DNA of 16,704 bases from the IMG/VR virus record IMGVR_UViG_2541047712_000007. One strand, written 5' to 3'. The stretch is from a virus. Lineage: Duplodnaviria; Heunggongvirae; Uroviricota; Caudoviricetes. The translations under genes were made by a program, and so were the position numbers. Position 1 is the stretch's first letter; every line of letters starts with the position of its first letter. Under the pieces are notes generated by a model. That model had not been told where the DNA came from, made no database searches, and saw only the letters and a program-made list of their open reading frames with translations. Below, one piece after another: positions 1 through 7,796 of this stretch.

Positions 1-1461
1 ATGAAAAAATTACTGCGTCTTTTTTTCCCGCTCTCGCTGCGGGTACGTTTTCTGTTAGCAACGGCAGCAGTAGTATTGGTGCTTTCGCTTGCCTACGGAA
101 TGGTTGCGCTGATCGGTTATAGCGTCAGTTTCGATAAAACCACGTTTCGGCTGTTACGTGGCGAGAGCAATCTGTTCTATACCCTTGCGAAGTGGGAAAA
201 CAATAAGTTGCATGTCGAGTTACCCGAAAATATCGACAAGCAAAGCCCCACTATGACGCTAATTTATGATGAGAACGGGCAGCTTTTATGGGCGCAACGT
301 GACGTGCCCTGGCTGATGAAGATGATCCAGCCTGACTGGCTGAAATCGAATGGTTTTCATGAAATTGAAGCGGATGTTAACGATACCAGCCTCTTGCTGA
401 GTGGAGATCATTCGATACAGCAACAGTTGCAGGAAGTGCGGGAAGATGATGACGACGCGGAGATGACCCACTCGGTGGCGGTAAACGTCTACCCGGCAAC
501 ATCGCGGATGCCAAAGTTGACCATTGTGGTGGTGGATACCATTCCGGTGGAGCTAAAAAGTTCCTATATGGTCTGGAGCTGGTTTATCTATGTGCTCTCA
601 GCCAATCTGCTGTTAGTGATCCCGCTGCTGTGGGTCGCCGCCTGGTGGAGTTTACGCCCCATCGAAGCCCTGGCAAAAGAAGTCCGCGAACTGGAAGAAC
701 ATAACCGCGAATTGCTCAATCCAGCCACAACGCGAGAACTGACCAGTCTGGTACGAAACCTGAACCGATTGTTAAAAAGTGAACGCGAACGTTACGACAA
801 ATATCGTACGACGCTCACCGACCTGACCCATAGTCTGAAAACGCCACTGGCGGTGCTGCAAAGTACGCTGCGTTCTCTGCGTAGTGAGAAGATGAGCGTC
901 AGTGATGCTGAACCGGTAATGCTGGAGCAAATCAGCCGCATTTCACAGCAAATTGGCTACTACCTGCATCGTGCCAGTATGCGCGGCGGGACATTGCTCA
1001 GCCGCGAGCTGCATCCGGTCGCCCCACTGCTGGACAATCTCACCTCGGCGCTGAACAAAGTGTATCAACGCAAAGGGGTCAATATCTCTCTCGATATTTC
1101 GCCAGAGATCAGCTTTGTCGGTGAGCAAAACGATTTTGTCGAGGTGATGGGCAACGTGCTGGATAATGCCTGTAAATATTGCCTCGAGTTTGTCGAAATT
1201 TCTGCAAGGCAAACCGACGAGCATCTCTATATTGTGGTCGAGGATGATGGCCCCGGTATTCCATTAAGCAAGCGAGAGGTCATTTTCGACCGTGGTCAAC
1301 GGGTTGATACTTTACGCCCTGGGCAAGGTGTAGGGCTGGCGGTAGCCCGCGAAATCACCGAGCAATATGAGGGTAAAATCGTCGCCGGAGAGAGCATGCT
1401 GGGCGGTGCGCGGATGGAGGTGATTTTTGGTCGCCAGCATTCTGCGCCGAAAGATGAATAA
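1..1461 (+). CDS. phoQ: Sensor histidine kinase PhoQ (complete, 486 aa)
   Basis: Full-length ORF. Two hydrophobic segments flank a periplasmic domain with an acidic patch ([10 protein letters not shown]). H-box [13 protein letters not shown] and ATP-binding boxes ([25 protein letters not shown]) are present. The sequence matches E. coli PhoQ as I remember it. Confidence 0.97.
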   Translation: MKKLLRLFFPLSLRVRFLLATAAVVLVLSLAYGMVALIGYSVSFDKTTFRLLRGESNLFYTLAKWENNKLHVELPENIDKQSPTMTLIYDENGQLLWAQRDVPWLMKMIQPDWLKSNGFHEIEADVNDTSLLLSGDHSIQQQLQEVREDDDDAEMTHSVAVNVYPATSRMPKLTIVVVDTIPVELKSSYMVWSWFIYVLSANLLLVIPLLWVAAWWSLRPIEALAKEVRELEEHNRELLNPATTRELTSLVRNLNRLLKSERERYDKYRTTLTDLTHSLKTPLAVLQSTLRSLRSEKMSVSDAEPVMLEQISRISQQIGYYLHRASMRGGTLLSRELHPVAPLLDNLTSALNKVYQRKGVNISLDISPEISFVGEQNDFVEVMGNVLDNACKYCLEFVEISARQTDEHLYIVVEDDGPGIPLSKREVIFDRGQRVDTLRPGQGVGLAVAREITEQYEGKIVAGESMLGGARMEVIFGRQHSAPKDE

Positions 1462-1896
1462 ATATGTCCTTTTATCACCACAGCAAGGCAACCCATTGAT
1501 TTAATTAAACAACCCACACTGCAAAAAGTGCTAAAAACAGCAAATTGACTACACCATTAACTACACCGTTCGGTGCACTGTATGAAACAACGTGGAACAA
1601 ATAGACACAAGAAATATACAGGCGGGTAATCTTTCCAGGGGGAAGCGCACCAATTCATGAGGGGCGTTAATGTCGATATGGGGATCCCCATAACGGGGCT
1701 ACCGGATTTTTTTTCCGGTTAACTGTTAATCAGGCTGGTGGGTTTTACCTGTTCGGTAGGTGTTATGATTATCGTAATACCTTTCCCCCAGTGGGGTAAA
1801 AGCTCCAACCGTAACGATGTTCGTTGTGGTTGCCTTGATGGTCTGCGTGGTCATTATGACCATTCCCAAAAACAACATATTCGTTGTTTTTCTGTG

Positions 1897-2350
1897 CCCC
1901 GACCTCCTCAAATTGAGGAGGTCGAAAGTATCAACCAGTTACCGCGCCGACTTCCTCAAATTGAGGTTCCCGAAAATATCAGCGGGTTAACGATCAAACT
2001 GGCGAGTAATTAAACTGCGAAAATTTCGCATGTGAGGGATGTAGTCGGCGCAATTTTGCGCTTTGCTTTAATCTCAGTAAGTTACCGCGCCAACTTCCAC
2101 AGTCTGTGGAAATTGGGAAGAATCAACGGTTTAGGCCTTAATCATCTGCGTAATCATAAGTAATCATAATGTTCATTCAGCCACGCAATTTTGCGTTATC
2201 GGGAATATCAGCAAGTTACCGCGCCGGATTCCGCCAATGGCTGTTTCCGAAAGAATCAACGGGTTAGGCTGGTTTCCCCGATGTTCGCCGCTGGCGAATT
2301 TCGAAAATATCAACCAGTTACCGCCGCAACCGCTCCGGCTTCTTCCAGTG
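1897..2350. repeat. Degenerate direct-repeat array: four units of conserved box, 24-28 bp variable hairpin-prone segment, second conserved box
   Basis: Left boxes aaagtatcaaccagttaccgcgcc (1925-1948), tcagtaagttaccgcgcc (2075-2092), tatcagcaagttaccgcgcc (2206-2225), aaaatatcaaccagttaccgccgc (2303-2326). Right boxes aaaatatcagcgggttaacg (1973-1992), aagaatcaacggtttaggcc (2118-2137), aaagaatcaacgggttaggc (2250-2269). A perfect 9-bp-stem hairpin gacctcctcAAATTgaggaggtc sits at 1901-1923. Spacers carry near-palindromes gcgaaaatttcgc / gcgcaattttgcgc. Confidence 0.65.
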
Positions 2351-2599
2351 GTACGTTATTTTTTCTTTCTCCCGATGCAGTTCAACGCGGCGATTGTAGG
2401 CCAGCATTTCAAGAACGCGGATCCGTATGTTGCGCATATCAACATCATTAAGCTGGATACCATCACGGCACATCACCTCAGCAACAACACGCGCATAATT
2501 TTCGGCTGTCACGCTGTCCGGCTGCGTGGTCTGTTCGTCAGCCTGCTGGCTGATTCCAGATACGCGGCGGATTAATCCCAGTAGTTCGGCTTCTGTCAT
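2318..2599 (-). CDS. Hypothetical protein (93 aa), last gene of the packaging operon
   Basis: ATG at 2599 with a GAGG Shine-Dalgarno about 9 nt upstream, 13 nt after the TerL stop. Helix-rich translation. Its last 13 codons lie inside repeat unit 4. No family recognised. Confidence 0.5.
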   Translation of the reverse strand: MTEAELLGLIRRVSGISQQADEQTTQPDSVTAENYARVVAEVMCRDGIQLNDVDMRNIRIRVLEMLAYNRRVELHREKEKITYHWKKPERLRR

Positions 2600-2612
2600 G
2601 CTGCTGACCTCA

Positions 2613-4274
2613 TTACACCCCGCTGAATTCTTCCAGTTTCTGGCGGTGGCTGTCGCTTATATCAAAAGCAAAATCCTCATGCTCTGCCTGGAATGTACCA
2701 AACGCCATCAGTGCCGCCACGCTCGGGTCTATCTTGTTCGGTGATTTTTTCTTGTTCGGCTTGATATTGGCGTTCGCGTCACTCTGCATCACGACGTTAC
2801 TCATCGACCAGGACAACACCGGATCGCCACGATGCACAATCACCCTGCGGTTAACAAAAACTTCGAACGATTTCGCCGCCGGACTGAATCTGAGGTAGGT
2901 TTGCGGGAACGGCTCCACCTCAAAACCTGCCCCCTGTAATTGCGTTCTGAGATGCGTGGCGTTCCACGTATCAAAGCCCACCAGCCTGATATGAAATTTC
3001 TCCGCGTCCTGCATGATGTCATCTCTGATCCGGTCGTAATCAATGCAGTCGCCAGGCGTTGTGCGTATCCAGCCCGCTTTAGCCCACTGACGATAGACAG
3101 CGCGGTTTTTATTGGCGGGGTTCTGTAGCTGGAACTCCGGCAGATAATGACGGGAAATCAGCATAATGGTTTTACCGACCGGAAAGGCATAGCATACGCT
3201 GGAAATATCGCTGGTTGATGATAAATCCAGCCCCGCGTAACACTCCTGGCCGTGTAAATCTTCCTCCGTGAACGTTCCGGCACACTCAGCCCATGCGCCG
3301 TTACCCATCCACGGGGTAGCCCCCTGGCACCAGATATTAAATCGCTTTGTCATCATCTCCACCCACTGCGACGGTATTCCCCGCGCTTTCTGGATGGTTG
3401 AGGCCAGTTTTTCACGATCGACGGAAACATCGATATTGGGATTCGCCTTTATCCACATCGCCGGATCGTCAACCTCGCTTTCATCATCCAGCTCGTAAAT
3501 CAGCACGAACATGGATTCGTTCACCTCTTCACCATCCAGTATCTGGCAGCAATAGTCGTAGTGTTGTTTACAGGCTGAAACAACGTTGCTCCCCGATGTG
3601 GTGATGGCAAATAACAGCCCCTCCGGACGCGCCCCCATTCCCAGTTCAAGCGCGGAATAAACCCCGTTGTCAGGGTGCAGGTGATATTCATCCACAATGG
3701 CAAGACTCGGGTTTGTACCTTCAATGGTTGCCGCTTTTGCTGCCAGCGGCTTTAACAGGCTGTTGCTTTTCGGGTGTATCACCTTATGCGCCTGAATATT
3801 CACTCTCTTGCGTAACGGTCGGGATAAAAGGCACATCTGACGCGCATCATCAAAAACGATCCGCGCCTGGTCGCGGCTCACCGCTGCGGTGTAAATATCC
3901 TGCTGCCCGTTCTCCATAATCAAAAACCAGTTAGCCAGAATCGCGGCTGTCGTGGATTTCGCATTTTTGCGCGGCACTTCGATAAAGGCGCTCGTGTATT
4001 TGCGCCTTCCGGTGGCCTTAACCTTAAAGCCGAGGATGCACGCAAAGGCAAACTGCTGCCACGGTTCCAGCTCAATGGGTCTTCCACGCATCGGCCCTTT
4101 TACGTGCGGGCACACCCTGGAAAAGGCAATAAACCGCTCAACAACCTCACGATCGAACATGTAAAGGGGGTTTTCAAGGTCCGAAAAGTATCGTTCAACG
4201 GTCTGTTTCAGCCGTTTACAGGCCGGAATCTTGCCCGTTTTTACGTCTTCTGCGTACTTATTCCAGGCGGTCAA
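2613..4274 (-). CDS. terL: Terminase large subunit (553 aa)
   Basis: N-terminus TAWNKYAEDVKTGKIPACKRLKQTVERY is typical of TerL. Size, and position immediately after TerS with a 17-nt overlap, fit. The first codon at 4272-4274 is TTG (GAGGA upstream), so the exact start is uncertain. Confidence 0.92.
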   Translation of the reverse strand: MTAWNKYAEDVKTGKIPACKRLKQTVERYFSDLENPLYMFDREVVERFIAFSRVCPHVKGPMRGRPIELEPWQQFAFACILGFKVKATGRRKYTSAFIEVPRKNAKSTTAAILANWFLIMENGQQDIYTAAVSRDQARIVFDDARQMCLLSRPLRKRVNIQAHKVIHPKSNSLLKPLAAKAATIEGTNPSLAIVDEYHLHPDNGVYSALELGMGARPEGLLFAITTSGSNVVSACKQHYDYCCQILDGEEVNESMFVLIYELDDESEVDDPAMWIKANPNIDVSVDREKLASTIQKARGIPSQWVEMMTKRFNIWCQGATPWMGNGAWAECAGTFTEEDLHGQECYAGLDLSSTSDISSVCYAFPVGKTIMLISRHYLPEFQLQNPANKNRAVYRQWAKAGWIRTTPGDCIDYDRIRDDIMQDAEKFHIRLVGFDTWNATHLRTQLQGAGFEVEPFPQTYLRFSPAAKSFEVFVNRRVIVHRGDPVLSWSMSNVVMQSDANANIKPNKKKSPNKIDPSVAALMAFGTFQAEHEDFAFDISDSHRQKLEEFSGV

Positions 4275-4614
4275 GCTCGTCCTCTTCTTCTGTTTCCGGT
4301 GGATTTTTACGGCGGCTTATCGGGTCAAAACCGAGCAAAGAGGCCATTTTTATCATCACTCTTTCCGCGTCGGATTTCGCGCTTAATGCGGGGTTTCTGC
4401 TCTCTCCGCCCTGACTGTTAACAATGCTGAATCCGCGCGCCGCAAGGTCTGCGACGGCTTTCCGGTATATCGAGTAATTGACGCAATACAGTTCCAGATT
4501 ACTCCAGTCGGCAGGGGTCAGGTCTCCCCGTTCCGCAAGCTGCCGCGATTTTTCCCGCCACTGCTTCACGGCGATATCATCCAGGTAGGCGGGGACTTTC
4601 GGTGGTCTTGCCAT
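4258..4614 (-). CDS. terS: Terminase small subunit, P27-like family (118 aa)
   Basis: N-terminal MARPPKVPAYLD motif, size, acidic C-terminus, and position directly upstream of and overlapping TerL. Confidence 0.85.
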   Translation of the reverse strand: MARPPKVPAYLDDIAVKQWREKSRQLAERGDLTPADWSNLELYCVNYSIYRKAVADLAARGFSIVNSQGGESRNPALSAKSDAERVMIKMASLLGFDPISRRKNPPETEEEDELDRLE

Positions 4615-4903
4615 GCTTATTTTTTCGCCAGATTATTTTTCAAAAAATTACCGTGCATAAAAATTTGGGGAGGCGTTCGGTGCCCGGCGGGGTCGGGTTT
4701 GTCCTGAAAACGCCCCCCACCCCGTCATACAGCCTCATCAGCGATTGCGGAAACATTCCATAACCTCGCAGTCACGGTCGGTTAATCGCTTCGCTGTGAT
4801 GCGTTCTGCGCGTCCTGACGCTTTATCTTTATGCCCTGTTTCTTGTGTCTTCCATGCGTCACGCTGCCTTATAAGTCCACGGATAAGGCGGTTTTGTTCC
4901 CGC
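4615..4903. other. HNH-TerS intergenic region; candidate cos/packaging initiation site
   Basis: A 289-bp non-coding gap between the HNH and TerS genes, the position where HNH-associated cos phages keep cos. It contains an AT-rich tract with tttttcaaaaaa (4621-4660) followed by a GC-rich block ggggaggcgttcggtgcccggcggggtcgggtttgtcctgaaaacgccccccacccc (4667-4724) with an imperfect inverted repeat. Confidence 0.3.
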
Positions 4904-5344
4904 TCATTCATCAGCGTCATACATCCAGTTATTGCGGTTAGCGGCCCGTTCTTCCTCTTCACGAAATCCACCTGCGGCACGCTTGCTTTTTGTTGCCGGA
5001 TCAAGCCATTTCGTTTTCTGGTTATGGCACGCCTGGCACAATGGCTGATGGTTCCATTCGGGCCAGAAGAGAACATCATCACCGCCATTAATCGGGATAA
5101 TGTGATCCACCACCACGGCGGGCGTATATATCCCCTTCTCAAGGCATCGCACGCATAACGGGTTTTTACTCAGATACATGGCGCGGTATTTGTCCCACTG
5201 TCTGGAGTACCCACGCGCGCGGCGGTGTCCTCGTCTGGCATCCTCTGCACGCCATGCCGCCCGCCTGTGCTCCTCACACTTGCCGGACTTCACGCGCCTG
5301 TTACAGCCTGGTTCTGTGCATCGTCTTAATGGTTGCCACGGCAT
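4904..5344 (-). CDS. HNH endonuclease (146 aa)
   Basis: Cys-rich zinc-binding motifs (CTEPGCNRRVKSGKCEEH, CVRC, CQACHNQ) and the HNH core VVDHIIPINGGDD...NHQPLCQACHN. Confidence 0.9.
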   Translation of the reverse strand: MPWQPLRRCTEPGCNRRVKSGKCEEHRRAAWRAEDARRGHRRARGYSRQWDKYRAMYLSKNPLCVRCLEKGIYTPAVVVDHIIPINGGDDVLFWPEWNHQPLCQACHNQKTKWLDPATKSKRAAGGFREEEERAANRNNWMYDADE

Positions 5345-5640
5345 CAGTACACCCCCACATCACGGTAAGCCGTCCAGAGTGCACCAATCGTCATGGGTAC
5401 GCGTGTTTTTGCGTTATCCGCGACAATCTGGCGATTTTCATACAGGTGAGCGATAAACATCATGCAGCCAATCTTTATGGCTGGCGTGAACTCCAGCCCG
5501 TCATCAAAGCGCCTGCCTATGTGTATCTGGCACGCCTCAAGCGATGCGGCGATGTATCCGCTGATTAACTGGTCTTCCTCGTCGCCATCGATGCGGCAAT
5601 GGAGTTTCACTTCTTCCAGGGTGATAAGTTCTTCTGTCAT
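5344..5640 (-). CDS. gp6-like head-tail connector protein (98 aa)
   Basis: MTEELITLEEVKLHCRIDGDEEDQLISGYIAAS matches the N-terminal pattern of phage gp6-type connector proteins. Start overlaps the upstream stop (ATGA). Confidence 0.7.
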   Translation of the reverse strand: MTEELITLEEVKLHCRIDGDEEDQLISGYIAASLEACQIHIGRRFDDGLEFTPAIKIGCMMFIAHLYENRQIVADNAKTRVPMTIGALWTAYRDVGVY

Positions 5641-5975
5641 TTTTCCGCGCCCTCACGACAAAGAATTTCAAGGCGTGTCCTGGCGGCATCCGGCAGCGGC
5701 TGCCCGATGATATTCAGTACACGCCCCGCCAGCGGCCCCGTATTGACCTTTATCCGGCTGGTGGCGTTGATGTCCTTCCTGTAGCGTATCCATATCCTTA
5801 CCGTTCCAGTCGCCAGTTCTGCACCCGATGAAATGGCCTCCTTGCTGCTGATCATGTTCACGCTTGCCCAGAGTGTGTGACCGTCCTCCCACGTTTCGAG
5901 TATTTCGCCGGTTATATCCCTGGTCTGTTTCAGGGTCTGAATCGTTACCCTGTCACGCAGTCGCCCTATGTTCAT
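5637..5975 (-). CDS. Head-tail adaptor / head-closure protein (Phage_H_T_join-like), about 112 aa from the internal ATG
   Basis: RLRDRVTIQ...IRYRKDI...LEILCRE pattern. The ATG at 5975 overlaps the portal stop (ATGA) and has a GAGGGAG upstream. The ORF extends in frame to an ATG at 6017 that has no Shine-Dalgarno. Confidence 0.7.
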   Translation of the reverse strand: MNIGRLRDRVTIQTLKQTRDITGEILETWEDGHTLWASVNMISSKEAISSGAELATGTVRIWIRYRKDINATSRIKVNTGPLAGRVLNIIGQPLPDAARTRLEILCREGAEK

Positions 5976-7183
5976 TCCGGTTTTTCTCCCTCGCTGATTT
6001 TTACTTCCTGTTTCCATGCCTGGCTGAACTCATCACCACCATCACGCGGGGACAGCCCTTCACGTTCGCGGGCTTCGTTCGGGCACATAACGCCGGATTT
6101 GATGCCGCGTTCATAGGTGGCAAAGCGTTCGCCAGGAGTGGCCCGTAACAGGTCCGCGCTGTCAAACTCCACCTGATACCGGATACCAGGTACAGGTGAG
6201 GCCACCAGCAGGGCGTTTTTTATCTGCTGCTCAAAGTTCGCCAGCCACGGGCGCATCGTCATGGTGAGAAATGCGCGGCTTGCCTCGCTGAAATTGCTGT
6301 AGGTGCTGTTGCTGTATTCCTGCAAAAAAATCGGCGAGACGTTGAACATTCGGGCGATGTCTTCAATGGTGAAGCGACGGGAGGCCAGCCATTCAGCATC
6401 CTGATTACTCATGCCCAGCTGCTGATAGCTCATACCCCCTTCAAGGATGGGCGTTTTTCCGGCGTTTCTGGCCCCTTTGTAGCGTTCCAGTGCGGCTAAT
6501 GCCTGTTTGCCCTTCACGCCGTCCAGCCATTCGCCTGACGTGATAACCCCTGCCGCCATCATGCCATCACGCATCACGCTCGCGCCGTGGCGTTGTTGGG
6601 CCAGCCCAAGCCCCAGCGATTCGCGGCAGATGGTTACAGGTGAGCGCCCCATAAAACCGTCATCCGTGGAGTAACGAAGGTGGAGAACCTCCCACGGTAA
6701 ATAGTTGCGGGTGTTTCCGGTGTAGGCGTCAGTGATGCAGTAGCGCCAGTTATGCTCACCTGTCTGCTCAACGTTCACCGACTGCGGCGGGTAAGGATGC
6801 AAAGCGACTGGAAAACCATCACGCCCCCACTGAATCACCGCATAAGCATTACCGTTTAACAGGCAGTGGCGGATCATCATTCGCTTAAACTGGTAGGGGG
6901 TTTGCCATGCGTTCGGGCGCTCGTTGAGGATGTGATCGACCGGATGAGAATCAAGCCACTCTCGGGCCTCCTTCCCCTTCTCATTGCGTACCAGGTACAG
7001 GTAACACGGCATGGTAGCCACCGCCTCAGAGATGACCGTGACGGCGTTCATGACGGCGGGCAGTGATTCCGCTGTCCCCGATGATACGTACTCACCCGCC
7101 CCCGTGTTCGATGTGCCAGCCAGCGCCATAAACTCATCAAGCGTCATGCTGCGCTGCTCTTTTTTTCTTCTGAAAGGCCACAT
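5972..7183 (-). CDS. Portal protein, HK97 family (403 aa)
   Basis: Size and the motif RRFTIEDIARMFNVSPIFL characteristic of HK97-type portals. ATG at 7183 with a G-rich Shine-Dalgarno. Confidence 0.93.
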   Translation of the reverse strand: MWPFRRKKEQRSMTLDEFMALAGTSNTGAGEYVSSGTAESLPAVMNAVTVISEAVATMPCYLYLVRNEKGKEAREWLDSHPVDHILNERPNAWQTPYQFKRMMIRHCLLNGNAYAVIQWGRDGFPVALHPYPPQSVNVEQTGEHNWRYCITDAYTGNTRNYLPWEVLHLRYSTDDGFMGRSPVTICRESLGLGLAQQRHGASVMRDGMMAAGVITSGEWLDGVKGKQALAALERYKGARNAGKTPILEGGMSYQQLGMSNQDAEWLASRRFTIEDIARMFNVSPIFLQEYSNSTYSNFSEASRAFLTMTMRPWLANFEQQIKNALLVASPVPGIRYQVEFDSADLLRATPGERFATYERGIKSGVMCPNEAREREGLSPRDGGDEFSQAWKQEVKISEGEKPE

Positions 7184-7184
7184 A

Positions 7185-7757
7185 TCACACCCCCGCTAAA
7201 TCCGCCCACCAGCGGCGATTATCCGCACGCGGCATTTTTTCGGGGTGCTGCTCGTACAGGGAGCGGCGGGCCAGCTCCACGCCGGAATCAGGGTAAGCCG
7301 GTACGGATGTAACGGTAATTTCGTATAGTTCCGCCACCAGCACGGTGCGCACGCATGGATCTGTTGTGGTATCCCATACATCCTTACGGGAACGAAAGCC
7401 AAAGCTCATGCCGGATATATCACCTCGTTTAACCAGTTCGATAACGTCGCGCCCTGTACTGGTATCCGGTGGGGTCAGTTCAAAGCGTAACCCTGTTTCG
7501 TCCTCTTCCAGTTTCAGCGTGCCGGAACGGGTGCGCCCCAGTAACATGCTGTGGTCATGCTCATACAGGCCGCGAACGTCATTACCCGCCGCAAGCCACT
7601 CAGTAAACGCCCCCCGCTGGAATTTTTCGTAAAACTCCCCCCATAGCAGTTCTGAAAGCTTATCCCAGCGAACAACGTAGCCCGTCAGCGTACCGGCTCC
7701 GCTGGTAGTGATTTCCGATGACCGGATTTCCATACTCTTCATAATTTTTTCACCCAT
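7185..7757 (-). CDS. Prohead maturation protease, HK97 family (about 180-190 aa)
   Basis: GYVVRWDK...LYEHD...LGRTRSGTLKLEEDETGL matches the HK97 prohead protease family. The start could be the ATG at 7757, 7742 or 7733. Confidence 0.88.
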   Translation of the reverse strand: MGEKIMKSMEIRSSEITTSGAGTLTGYVVRWDKLSELLWGEFYEKFQRGAFTEWLAAGNDVRGLYEHDHSMLLGRTRSGTLKLEEDETGLRFELTPPDTSTGRDVIELVKRGDISGMSFGFRSRKDVWDTTTDPCVRTVLVAELYEITVTSVPAYPDSGVELARRSLYEQHPEKMPRADNRRWWADLAGV

Positions 7758-7786
7758 AAAACACTAAAGGGGCTTTTAAGCCCCTT
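7757..7786 (-). terminator. Intrinsic terminator or attenuator between the capsid and protease genes
   Basis: Minus-strand hairpin aaggggcttaaaagcccctt (8-bp stem, 7767-7774 pairing with 7779-7786) followed by a U-rich run (uaguguuuua). Confidence 0.5.
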
Positions 7787-7796
7787 CTGTATGCTG

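Noticed and set aside
1679-1727. Palindrome tggggatcccca and hairpin accgga-tttttttt-tccggt as a possible phoQ terminator
   Set aside because: They lie more than 200 bp after the phoQ stop, and the T-run is in the loop, not 3' of the stem. They are not a convincing intrinsic terminator and may be junction or host repeat sequence.
1738-2013. 91-aa plus-strand ORF (GTG start) and 61-aa minus-strand ORF in the junction region
   Set aside because: The reading frame runs through repeat units 0 and 1, giving repetitive PQIEEVESINQLP / PQIEVPENISGLT peptides, and there is no Shine-Dalgarno. It is most likely a translation artefact of the repeats.
1897-2350. CRISPR array
   Set aside because: The repeats are degenerate and of two related types, the gaps between units are unequal (31-78 bp), the orientation pattern is wrong, and no cas genes are present.
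2191-2575. Plus-strand ORFs of 86 and 112 aa opposite the 93-aa gene
   Set aside because: They are antisense to an ORF with a good Shine-Dalgarno that is coupled to TerL, and their 5' parts are read from repeat units. They cannot be fully excluded without expression data.
2840-4421. Short ORFs (62-105 aa) on both strands inside the TerL and TerS genes
   Set aside because: They are nested within or antisense to well-supported terminase genes and have no independent start signals.
4738-5158. 134-aa minus and 137-aa plus ORFs overlapping the HNH gene and the candidate cos region
   Set aside because: They are alternative frames of the HNH gene and the GC-rich intergenic block; neither has a credible start context or a protein-like composition.
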